Source: Muribaculaceae bacterium
Lineage (GTDB): Bacteria > Bacteroidota > Bacteroidia > Bacteroidales > Muribaculaceae
DNA: 64,000 nucleotides
Assembly: GCA_029063895.1 (NCBI GenBank)
Contig: JAIDNJ010000057.1
Location: 4,896 to 68,895 of the forward strand
Direction: 5' to 3'
Part shown: positions 37,704-46,728 of the stretch, piece after piece
How the letters are laid out: each line of letters starts with the position of its first letter
Numbering within the stretch: position 1 is the stretch's first letter
The notes under the pieces: generated by a model
Told to the model about the DNA's origin: nothing
The model's input: the letters and a program-made list of their open reading frames with translations, nothing else
Databases searched by the model: none
Program-made: the position numbers and the translations under genes

Positions 37704-40700
37704 ATGTGGCGACTGTTTTTAATATTGATTGTTATCGCCGGGATTTTTGAGCCGGCTGTTGGTGCGGTCCGTTATATTAATGTTCGTGACGGTCTTTCAA
37801 GTCGTCAGGTTTATGAAGTAGAGGAAGACCCTGACGGGTTTATGTGGATATACACCAACTCGGGTCTTGATCGTTTTGACGGTCACACCATGAAACATTA
37901 TTCGCTCAATCCCGGTGAAGAACAGAGCGATTACATTCAGTCGGCCACATCAATGCAACTTGCTCCCGACGGCACGCTGTGGATTGCAGTGAAGTCGGGA
38001 GCCATCTACCGCTATGACCGGCTTCTCGACCGGTTTGAGAAGGCTTACCGTTTTCTCGACCCGGCTATTTTGCTATACAATTTCACGTTCATGCCCGACG
38101 GCAGTCTTGTTGTTTGTACCAACAACGGACTCTACATATGCTCCAACGGTAAAGATATCGAAAAGATGGCTCTTGACGGCAAGCTGGTCAGGGCCGTTGT
38201 CCGCGTGCACGACGGCAGCTATTATGCCGGTACCGACCACGGTCTGTACCATATTGTTCAAAGCGGAAGCAGCTGGCGCGGAAGTTTTGTGCCCGGAACC
38301 GAGGGAGTATATGTCCTTTCTATAATCCAGTCGTCGGGTAAATTATATGTAGGATCTTTTTCTCAGGGCGTACTGACAATCGACGGGAATGGATCGGTCG
38401 GCACTCTCAATTTCAGTGTGCCTCCGTTGCCCGTAAACGCGCTTAAAAGCTATGGTGGTGACAGCCTGCTGATAGGTGTCGACGGTGCCGGTGTTTACCT
38501 TGTCGACTCGTCATCAGACAACCTTCTGCATCACTTTCGTGATGGCGATGAAAGCGAGTTTGATTTGTCGGGGAATACAATCTCCGATATCCACGTGAGC
38601 AGCGATAAAGGCATCTGGATTGGAACCAGTCATAACGGTGTTAACTATATCCCGCCGTCGGGTCATGCGGTAAACGTTATCAAGTCAAAGAAGGGTAATG
38701 AATCATCGCCGGTATCCGATTATATAAATGCCATTTATGAAGACGCGGACGGTGATTTATGGTATGGCACCGACCACGGTGTGAGCCGTCAAAATATTTT
38801 GAGCGGACAATGGTGGCGTTATCTTCAGCGCAACGACTATGTAGCCAGTGTGGTGTTGTCGTTTGGCGAGGACAGTCGAGGCCGTGTTCTCATCGGAACT
38901 TATGGCGACGGTCTTTATATCATTGACAAGACTACCGGTATAGTGAGTCGTCTTCCGCGCCAGCAACCTGGTACAAATACCGGTGTAGGCACCGATTATG
39001 TTTTTGCCGGTTATGGTACGCCCGATGGCAATGTTTGGATCGGCGGCATCAACGGACCTCTCACGTGCTATAATATCAATGATAACTCCTATCGATATTA
39101 TGACGAGGATTGTATAGCCACTATCATCAATGACGGTGGCAAGCCGCTGTTTGGAGGCAATAAGGGAGTGGGAAAATATCATCCCGAGAGTGATTCATTT
39201 GAATGGACCCAGACATTTGACACCGTCACCGTGCGCTATCCCGTGAGAGTGTTGCTCACCGATACCGTCGGGACCGAGCTATGGATAGGCACTCAGGGCG
39301 ACGGATTGGTAAGATATGACCGAAAAAATGGCACCGCACGCCGCTTCACGATAGCCGACGGCTTGAGTTCCAACTCAATTTACTCGCTTGCACGCGGCAA
39401 CAATGGCGGTGTATGGATATGCACCGAGACCGACCTTTATCGCTATGATCCTGTCGACGGACGTCTCATGCGTTTCACCAGTTTTCTCGGTACAAACCGG
39501 GGCGTGTTCAATGCCGGTAGCGGCATCACCACCCGCGGAGGCAACATAATGCTTGGAACGGCCGAGGGTTGCGTGGTATTTAATCCGGCTGAAGAGTTCA
39601 AACATTCTACCGGCGGCAATATCCTTTTGACCGATTTCAAAATCCATGACCAAAGCATCATACCCGGTGGAGATGGTTCGCCGCTCATGGGCAATATAAA
39701 TATGACCGACAACATAAGATTGTCTCACAAGCAAAACAGTTTTGAAATTGATCTTGCTCTCATCAACTATGCATCGCCCCAGCGCATAGGGCTTGAATAT
39801 ATGCTCGAAGGGTATGACGACAAACCGTCACATGCCGGAGCCAGTGTATCGTTACGCTACACCGATTTGCCCGCGGGAAAATATACTCTTGTTGTAAAAG
39901 CGATTGACCTTTATAGCGGCAAGGCGTTTGCCACCCGTAATCTTGCCATTGAGGTGAAACCGTCAATGTGGCTCAGTCCGTGGTCGGTTACTCTATACCT
40001 TGTTATTGCGCTGGTATTGCTTGGCGCCGCGATATCACACTGGAACAGGATAAGGCGAGAGCGACGCATCGAGTCTCAGTTGAGGTCTTATGCCGCAATA
40101 GCACACGATATTCGCACCCCTATGTCGATGATTAAAGCCCCGCTTCTAAGCGTCGAGCTCGAAAACGGTCTGAGCGAGCGGGCACGTACAAACCTGAAGC
40201 AGGCACGCCTCGGCATTGACAAAACCATGAACATGCTTGACGAGATGCTCGGTTTGAGGCGGGAAGCCAATGCCCCGGGACTTCAGGTGCAGCCGGTGGA
40301 TATACTCAAGTATCTCCAGGTCAAGGTTGAGGAATATTCGACACTGGCTATATTCAAGGGGCTCAGGCTTGAATATCATGTGGACCCAAACCTCTCAACC
40401 GTCATGATTGACCCCGATAGATTTGACCATATTGTCGACAATCTTCTCTCCAATGCCATAAAATATACCAACAGCGGCAGTGTCACTCTTGATGCAAGAC
40501 TTTCGGGACGTAAACACTGGAGTCTATCGGTGATAGATACCGGCATAGGTATATCAAAAGATGATGCACGTCACGTGTTCAGGCACCGCCACCGTTCAAA
40601 TGAGGCTGCCGACTGTGATGCCTCGGGAACCGGTCTCGGACTGATAATAACACGACGGCTTGTTACCGACCATCGCGGCAAAATCACCTTTGACAGCCGT

Positions 40701-41582
40701 CAGGGCGTGGGTTCAACATTTAAGATTACCTTGCCGCTTACATTCCCCGACCGATATAGAGCCGGTATATCGGCCGACACAACCGACAGTCATGGTGATG
40801 GAAAACTGCAAGTCGATGAAGCATTGAATGATACCGGTGAAAAGAGTACGCTTGTTATCCTTGATGACGATGCCGATATGCGTTCATTCCTCAAGTCTCA
40901 GCTTGAAGAGGATTATAATGTTGTTGAGGTCGATGGAACTCCATCGGCTCTCGAGGAGATAAAGGAACGTAATCCCGACCTGGTCATATCTGACGTTATG
41001 ATGCCGGGGCTGCGAGGTGACGAACTATGCCGACTGCTCAAAACCAATATTGATACCAGCCATATTCCTGTAATACTACTTACTGGACTTGCAGGGCGGG
41101 GTGATATTGTAGCAGGGCTTGAGGCCCGTGCCGACGATTATGTCATCAAGCCGTTTGACATCGTTGTGCTCAAGGCACGTATCCGAAATATAATCAAGAG
41201 CCGTCAGGAGCTTGGCAAGCGCATCCTTGCTCAGGACGGAGAGCCCGAGCGCGAGGAATATTCCAACGAGCTTGACCGTCGTTTCATGACCCGGACAATG
41301 GAAATAATCAGCAACAATATATCTGATTCAGAGTATTCGGTTAATGAACTCTGTTCCGACCTCGGCATGAGCCGAACATCGGTCTACAATAAGATAAAAT
41401 CGATAAGCGGACAGTCGCCCAACGAATTTATGCGCATTGTCAGACTCAACCGTGCCAAGGAACTACTCGCCACCCACAGCTATAACATCAGCGAGGTTGC
41501 ATATATGGTCGGATTTTCCGATCCCAAGTATTTCAGTACGTCTTTCAAGAAACAATTTGGATTCAGCCCGAGTAAAGTTTGA
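37704..41582 (+). CDS. Hybrid two-component system regulator (periplasmic beta-propeller sensor, histidine kinase, receiver, AraC HTH)
   Basis: The H-box is AHDIRTPM and the G2 box is GTGLGL. The receiver carries LVISDVMMPG and KPF. The C-terminus is an AraC-type HTH. Confidence 0.9.
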   Translation: MWRLFLILIVIAGIFEPAVGAVRYINVRDGLSSRQVYEVEEDPDGFMWIYTNSGLDRFDGHTMKHYSLNPGEEQSDYIQSATSMQLAPDGTLWIAVKSGAIYRYDRLLDRFEKAYRFLDPAILLYNFTFMPDGSLVVCTNNGLYICSNGKDIEKMALDGKLVRAVVRVHDGSYYAGTDHGLYHIVQSGSSWRGSFVPGTEGVYVLSIIQSSGKLYVGSFSQGVLTIDGNGSVGTLNFSVPPLPVNALKSYGGDSLLIGVDGAGVYLVDSSSDNLLHHFRDGDESEFDLSGNTISDIHVSSDKGIWIGTSHNGVNYIPPSGHAVNVIKSKKGNESSPVSDYINAIYEDADGDLWYGTDHGVSRQNILSGQWWRYLQRNDYVASVVLSFGEDSRGRVLIGTYGDGLYIIDKTTGIVSRLPRQQPGTNTGVGTDYVFAGYGTPDGNVWIGGINGPLTCYNINDNSYRYYDEDCIATIINDGGKPLFGGNKGVGKYHPESDSFEWTQTFDTVTVRYPVRVLLTDTVGTELWIGTQGDGLVRYDRKNGTARRFTIADGLSSNSIYSLARGNNGGVWICTETDLYRYDPVDGRLMRFTSFLGTNRGVFNAGSGITTRGGNIMLGTAEGCVVFNPAEEFKHSTGGNILLTDFKIHDQSIIPGGDGSPLMGNINMTDNIRLSHKQNSFEIDLALINYASPQRIGLEYMLEGYDDKPSHAGASVSLRYTDLPAGKYTLVVKAIDLYSGKAFATRNLAIEVKPSMWLSPWSVTLYLVIALVLLGAAISHWNRIRRERRIESQLRSYAAIAHDIRTPMSMIKAPLLSVELENGLSERARTNLKQARLGIDKTMNMLDEMLGLRREANAPGLQVQPVDILKYLQVKVEEYSTLAIFKGLRLEYHVDPNLSTVMIDPDRFDHIVDNLLSNAIKYTNSGSVTLDARLSGRKHWSLSVIDTGIGISKDDARHVFRHRHRSNEAADCDASGTGLGLIITRRLVTDHRGKITFDSRQGVGSTFKITLPLTFPDRYRAGISADTTDSHGDGKLQVDEALNDTGEKSTLVILDDDADMRSFLKSQLEEDYNVVEVDGTPSALEEIKERNPDLVISDVMMPGLRGDELCRLLKTNIDTSHIPVILLTGLAGRGDIVAGLEARADDYVIKPFDIVVLKARIRNIIKSRQELGKRILAQDGEPEREEYSNELDRRFMTRTMEIISNNISDSEYSVNELCSDLGMSRTSVYNKIKSISGQSPNEFMRIVRLNRAKELLATHSYNISEVAYMVGFSDPKYFSTSFKKQFGFSPSKV

Positions 41583-41654
41583 GATAAATAGCCTTTTAGT
41601 TATTTTATAAACCCTTTTTGACAGAATTTGAACCGGAATTTAGTTTCCGACCGT

Positions 41655-41662
41655 TAATTTTG
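41655..41662 (+). promoter_or_regulatory. Candidate -7 promoter box (TAATTTTG)
   Basis: Matches TAnnTTTG and lies 29 nt upstream of the ATG at 41691. Confidence 0.35.
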
Positions 41663-41690
41663 CGTCATCATCATATCACATATTTTTAAA

Positions 41691-42662
41691 ATGGAAACAT
41701 ATTTAGGGTTGGATTTTGGAGGTACCAAGCTGTTTATCGGAGAAGTTGACAGTGACGGTAATATCCTTTCCGGAAAAAAATACAGCACAGGTTATGTCAA
41801 CCAGCAGTCGGCTGTTGACATCATTAAATCATCACTCAGCGACTATCTTCGCACGGTAGGTTGTGGTGACCGTCATCCGTCGGCAATCGGTATTGGTCTT
41901 ATAGGGCGTGTTGACTCGGATTCGGGTCAATGGTTACAGATTGACGGCGACCGTTCTCAGGCAATTGATCTTGCATATGATATAACTGAGACATTTGGAT
42001 TGCCTTGTTTTTTGAGCAATGATGTCAAAAGCGCCACTACCGCCGAGCAATGTTGGGGTTACGGTAAAATGAGCGACAATTTTGTGTATATCAACATCGG
42101 CACCGGTATAGCCGCCGGGACCGTTATAGATGGACGGCTCACTCGCGGAAGCCATTTTAATGCCGGTGAAGTCGGTCACACTCAGGTAGGTGTGTCGGTT
42201 GGTGTGAAGTGTTGCTGCGGACGTCGTGACTGTGTCGAGGCGATTGCATCGGGAAGCGGATTTGACCTTTGTGCCCGCATGATGAAACCTCATTATCCCG
42301 AGTCAGCGCTTGAGCTTCCACGACAGTCGGGCGAGCGTGTTGATGTCCGTCGCATTTACGAACTCGCCCGCATGAACGACAGCCTTTGTGAGACACTTGT
42401 CGACAACGCGGCTACCGGGATAGCCAATCTCATCATGAACCTTGTGCGTGTCACCGACCCCGATACGGTGATTCTTGGCGGCGGTATCGTTTCCGACCCT
42501 ATGATGTATAACAAGATAATGATGCGCCTTCATCAGCACACAATGCGCTTCGTTACCAACGGGGTTGTGCTGACACGTCTTGATCCCGCCAATATAGGCC
42601 TGCTTGGCGCTGCTGCGGTTGCCATGTCGGGTTATAGAAAACTTCAAAATAAAGAACAATGA
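41691..42662 (+). CDS. ROK family sugar kinase (probably N-acetylhexosamine kinase)
   Basis: The N-terminus is LGLDFGGTK, and the ROK zinc motif is GHTQV...CCCGRRDCVEA. The context is nagB plus a sugar transporter. Confidence 0.85.
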   Translation: METYLGLDFGGTKLFIGEVDSDGNILSGKKYSTGYVNQQSAVDIIKSSLSDYLRTVGCGDRHPSAIGIGLIGRVDSDSGQWLQIDGDRSQAIDLAYDITETFGLPCFLSNDVKSATTAEQCWGYGKMSDNFVYINIGTGIAAGTVIDGRLTRGSHFNAGEVGHTQVGVSVGVKCCCGRRDCVEAIASGSGFDLCARMMKPHYPESALELPRQSGERVDVRRIYELARMNDSLCETLVDNAATGIANLIMNLVRVTDPDTVILGGGIVSDPMMYNKIMMRLHQHTMRFVTNGVVLTRLDPANIGLLGAAAVAMSGYRKLQNKEQ

Positions 42663-43408
42663 AAATAAGTATAGCCGACAGCCGGGAGCAGTTTGACGAT
42701 ACTGCCGCCCGACGCATTGTAGACCAGATTTGCCACCGCCCCGATTCTGTTATAGGATTATCGACGGGACGTACCACCGGCAATATTCACCGCCGGGTTT
42801 GTGAAATTCATTCATCACTTGACTTTGACGTGTCGCGTGTGACATTCTTCGGGCTTGATGAGGTTACAGGTGTTGACCGTGAATATGCAGGCGCATGTTA
42901 TAAGATGCTGTTGACCGAGATAATCGAGGGCTTAGGTGTGAAAATGGAAAACTTTCTTATGCTTCCTACCCGTTCTGACGATTTCGATGCTGCCTGCCGC
43001 GATTTTGTATCGGCTATTGATAATCGTGGAGGTATTGACCTCCTCATTCTCGGGCTTGGCGAGAACGGTCATCTCGGATTCAATCAGCCCGGTTCACCTT
43101 TTAACGGCACGGCTTGCACCTCGCTTATGGACAGTCGACTCGAGGAGCGTATCCGCCGCGAGACCGCCACTCCCGACGATGTCCCTCTCGGCGGTGTTAC
43201 TCTCGGTATTCGCGACATCATGCACGCTCGCCGCATCATCCTGGTTGCTAACGGAGACAACAAGTCCGATATTGTCAGGGAGATGTTGTGTGGCCCCGTC
43301 ACTACCGATGTACCCGCCTCGATACTTCAGCTTCATCCCGACTGTGAATTTATTCTTGACAGCAAAGCTGCCTCAAGAATCGATGTAAAACAACTGCGTA
43401 ACTGTTAA
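42659..43408 (+). CDS. nagB: Glucosamine-6-phosphate deaminase
   Basis: The motif GLGENGHLGFNQPG is present, the length fits NagB, and an ATGA overlap links it to the ROK gene. Confidence 0.9.
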   Translation: MKISIADSREQFDDTAARRIVDQICHRPDSVIGLSTGRTTGNIHRRVCEIHSSLDFDVSRVTFFGLDEVTGVDREYAGACYKMLLTEIIEGLGVKMENFLMLPTRSDDFDAACRDFVSAIDNRGGIDLLILGLGENGHLGFNQPGSPFNGTACTSLMDSRLEERIRRETATPDDVPLGGVTLGIRDIMHARRIILVANGDNKSDIVREMLCGPVTTDVPASILQLHPDCEFILDSKAASRIDVKQLRNC

Positions 43409-43412
43409 AACA

Positions 43413-44699
43413 ATGTCAACAAACTCTATAACACGTCAGGTGGCGGGAGCCAATTATGTGACCGCCTTCCTCACCATGGTGATTCTGTTTTTCGTGGTGG
43501 GATTTTTAACAACCGTCAATACTCAGTTTCAGGCCCCGTTAAAAGAGGCTTTTCTTGACGGAATGGGCTCGTTGAAAAATACTTTTGCGACCCTCATCAC
43601 ATTCTCATGGTTTCTTGCCTATCCTGTTTGTGGCGGTCTCGGGTCAAAATGGGTTAACGCTTATGGCTACCGTTCGACGCTTGTTCGCGGTCTTGTAATG
43701 ATGAGTGGCGGACTTCTGTTATTTTTCGCTTCATCGTGGATGTCAAGCAGCTACCCCGATGTTGTGATTTTGCTTGGCGGTCTATCGCTTCCTCCGGCTT
43801 TCCTGGTGTTTCTGCTCGGTTCATTTACCGTAGGTGGTAGTGCTACAGTGCTTCAGGTGGTTATCAATCCCTATCTCTCGGCATGTGAGGTAAAAGGCAC
43901 CCAAAGCGTGCAACGTCTCGCTATCGGTGGCTCGGCCAATGCGATCGGAACGACAGTAGCTCCATATTTTGTGTCGGGCATCGTGTTTGGCGGTGTTGCG
44001 GTCGAGAGTGTCGAGGTGGGCATGCTCATGGTCCCGTTCCTGATACTCGCCGCCCTGATGATGTTGATTGGTCTTGGACTTTGCAAAGTTCCGTTACCCG
44101 ATATCAGCGGGACCCGTGCCGACGACTCGGTGGAGCTGTCACGCAGCGTGTGGTCGTTCCGTCATCTCACTCTTGGGGTTGTTGCCATTTTCTTTTATGT
44201 GGGAGCCGAGGTGTGTATCGGTGCCAACATCACCATGTATGCTCATGACATCAATATGCCGTCACCGGCCCTAATCGCTACTGTCTATTGGGGTGGTATT
44301 CTTGTTGGACGTCTTGTGGGCAGTACGCTCAGCACCGTCCCTCCTCGTGTTCAGCTTACAGTAACGACTACATTTGCCACCCTTCTCACTATTGCCTCGA
44401 TCGCAGCCGATAGCCCATGGATGCTTGCCGCTGTAGGTCTTTGTCACTCAATAATGTGGGGCGCTATTTTTACCCTCGCTGTAAAAGACCTCGGGCGTTA
44501 CACCACCATTGCCTCGGGTGTGTTCATGATTGGTGTAGTGGGTGGAGCGATATTGCCGCTGCTTCAGGGCGTTCTTGCCGATATTTCGGGCTCATGGCGA
44601 CAGACCTGGTGGCTGGTGGCAGCATCAGAGATGATAATGCTTGCCTACGCGCTGTGGGGTTCGCGCATCCGCCCGGGCGATACCGATACTGAAAAATAA
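43413..44699 (+). CDS. MFS sugar transporter (glucose/galactose/GlcNAc-type)
   Basis: The protein has a 12-TM hydrophobic profile, is 428 aa long, and sits in amino-sugar catabolic context. Confidence 0.85.
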   Translation: MSTNSITRQVAGANYVTAFLTMVILFFVVGFLTTVNTQFQAPLKEAFLDGMGSLKNTFATLITFSWFLAYPVCGGLGSKWVNAYGYRSTLVRGLVMMSGGLLLFFASSWMSSSYPDVVILLGGLSLPPAFLVFLLGSFTVGGSATVLQVVINPYLSACEVKGTQSVQRLAIGGSANAIGTTVAPYFVSGIVFGGVAVESVEVGMLMVPFLILAALMMLIGLGLCKVPLPDISGTRADDSVELSRSVWSFRHLTLGVVAIFFYVGAEVCIGANITMYAHDINMPSPALIATVYWGGILVGRLVGSTLSTVPPRVQLTVTTTFATLLTIASIAADSPWMLAAVGLCHSIMWGAIFTLAVKDLGRYTTIASGVFMIGVVGGAILPLLQGVLADISGSWRQTWWLVAASEMIMLAYALWGSRIRPGDTDTEK

Positions 44700-44722
44700 A
44701 TAACTGTCAAATTTACTATATC

Positions 44723-46429
44723 ATGAATAAATTTTATCGACTGGTTTTCATGCTGATATGTCTTGTCTCAGGTTGCTCTCTATGGGCAGCCCCCGAGAGC
44801 AAGGTAATCGTGGCCTATGTAACATCGTGGAGCGATGTCATGCCCGATCCATCGGCAGTTACTCACATCAACTATGCGTTTGGAGGTGTCAAAGACACTT
44901 TTGACGGAGTAAGAATAAGTAATCCTGATCGCCTTCGTGCTATAGCAGGTCTCAAAAAAGATAACCCACAGCTCAAAGTGCTTCTTTCGGTTGGAGGCTG
45001 GGGTGCCGGTAATTTCAGCGAAATGGCTGCTGACCCCACGTTAAGACGAAAATTTGCTGACGACTGCCTGCGCATTGTCAAGGAATATGGTCTCGATGGC
45101 ATTGATATCGACTGGGAATATCCCGGCAGCAGTGCCGCCAAAATATCATCGAGCCCCGATGACCGCGCCAATTTCACCCTCCTTATGAGAGACTTGCGCG
45201 AGGCGCTCGGCTCCGACCGTCTCCTCACGATAGCAACATCGGCCGGGGCGGAACATATCGCCTATACCGATGTGATTCCCTATCTTGATTTTGTAAATAT
45301 CATGACCTATGACATGGCCAATGCGCCCAAACATCATGCGGCTCTTTACCCGTCGGAAAATACGCCCGACATGACTTGTGTGGAGTCGGTGAGACGTCAC
45401 ATCGCCGCCGGCGTACCTGTCAACAAACTTGTTCTCGGTGTACCGTTCTACGGTCGTGGCGGTCAGGAGATGAAAGGACGTGATTTCCGTAATATAAAAG
45501 AGGGTGACGGCTACAGCCTCATCTTTGACAATCTTGCCAAGGTTCCTTTCATGGTCAATGCCGACGGAGTTCCTGTGTTGGGATATGACGATGCTCACTC
45601 GCTCGGCTATAAATGTGATTATATTCTTGAAAACGATTTGCTCGGGGTTATGTACTGGGACTATAACGGCGATGATGCCGACGGGACACTGCGCAATACT
45701 CTTGCCGGCAAACTTATGGATAAACCCCATCGTCAGCGCATTCTTGTACTCAGCGAGGGTGGAGGTCAGCATGGCCCCTTTACTCAGCGTGCGATGACAT
45801 GGCTTCACGGATATGCCGACACTCACGGATATGCTATCACCGAGATAAGAAACGCCAACGGCATCACGGCCGATTTCCTTAAAGGATATGACCTCATTAT
45901 ACAGCTTGACTTTCCTCCTTACACATGGCCCGACGATGCTCAGGCCGCATTTGTCGACTACATCGATAATGGCCGTGGCGGTTGGATAGGGTTCCACCAC
46001 GCTACGCTGCTCGGCGACTTTGACGGCTATCCTATGTGGAACTGGTTTTCTGATTTTATGGGTGACATCGCGTTTAAAAATTATATTGCTCCGCTTGCCG
46101 ACGGCAAGGTTACCATAGAGCAGACCGACCACCCCGTTATGAAAAATGTGAACGCCACATTTGTGCTCCCCGACGACGAATGGTACACCTACAACCGTTC
46201 ACCCCGACCCAATGTGTCGGTTCTCGCTTCGGTCGACGAGGACAGCTATACACCGGCATCGGATATAAGAATGGGCGACCATCCGGTCGTATGGATCAAT
46301 CCCGTTAAAAAAGCACGGAACATATATTTTCAGCCCGGACACAGCCCGCGTCTTTTTGAGTCGGAAGACTTTTGCCGCATGCTGTCAAATGCAATAGAAT
46401 GGACAATAGAGAACAATAGCAATAAATAA
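44723..46429 (+). CDS. GH18 glycoside hydrolase fused to a C-terminal ThuA-like domain
   Basis: The GH18 catalytic motif DGIDIDWEY lies at 45095-45121. From about 45730 onward the C-terminal half (RILVLSEGGG..., GRGGWIGFHHATL) parallels the stand-alone ThuA-like gene at 55231. Confidence 0.8.
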   Translation: MNKFYRLVFMLICLVSGCSLWAAPESKVIVAYVTSWSDVMPDPSAVTHINYAFGGVKDTFDGVRISNPDRLRAIAGLKKDNPQLKVLLSVGGWGAGNFSEMAADPTLRRKFADDCLRIVKEYGLDGIDIDWEYPGSSAAKISSSPDDRANFTLLMRDLREALGSDRLLTIATSAGAEHIAYTDVIPYLDFVNIMTYDMANAPKHHAALYPSENTPDMTCVESVRRHIAAGVPVNKLVLGVPFYGRGGQEMKGRDFRNIKEGDGYSLIFDNLAKVPFMVNADGVPVLGYDDAHSLGYKCDYILENDLLGVMYWDYNGDDADGTLRNTLAGKLMDKPHRQRILVLSEGGGQHGPFTQRAMTWLHGYADTHGYAITEIRNANGITADFLKGYDLIIQLDFPPYTWPDDAQAAFVDYIDNGRGGWIGFHHATLLGDFDGYPMWNWFSDFMGDIAFKNYIAPLADGKVTIEQTDHPVMKNVNATFVLPDDEWYTYNRSPRPNVSVLASVDEDSYTPASDIRMGDHPVVWINPVKKARNIYFQPGHSPRLFESEDFCRMLSNAIEWTIENNSNK

Positions 46430-46507
46430 AATAGGTAGTGAAATGGTTGGAGAATTTATGTAGTCCAACAGGAAAAATTCTTCATTAAGGTAAAAAGGTT
46501 GATTTGG

Positions 46508-46542
46508 TGACAGGTCCGCGTGGTCGCGGACCTGTCATTTTG
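46508..46542 (+). terminator. Intrinsic terminator
   Basis: The perfect hairpin TGACAGGTCCGCG-TGGT-CGCGGACCTGTCA is followed by TTTTG. Confidence 0.65.
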
Positions 46543-46649
46543 TTAACCCGTTGATTGTAAACGTATAGTTATCGTGGAGTTTGTTTGATGTTTGATAGAA
46601 AACAAACTCAATTTGATTGTTTCTCAACCATTGTCAGCGCGTGTGTCAC

Positions 46650-46657
46650 TAAATTTG
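46650..46657 (+). promoter_or_regulatory. Candidate -7 promoter box (TAAATTTG) for susC
   Basis: Matches TAnnTTTG and lies about 70 nt upstream of the ATG at 46729. Confidence 0.3.
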
Positions 46658-46728
46658 CTACCAATTAACAGTCCTTCCGAACTATTGAAAAAGTAACAAA
46701 AATTTATTTATCTAAAAAACTAATCATC

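Noticed and set aside
45146-46132. A 328-aa ORF on the minus strand inside the GH18-ThuA gene. Similar long antisense or alternative-frame ORFs occur at 293-829, 17190-17843, 47875-48402, 50489-51103, 52099-52596 and 56292-56921.
   Set aside because: All lie entirely within strongly supported genes on the other strand or frame. They have low-complexity or Arg/Ser/Val-rich translations with no motifs, which is typical of shadow ORFs in GC-richer coding DNA.
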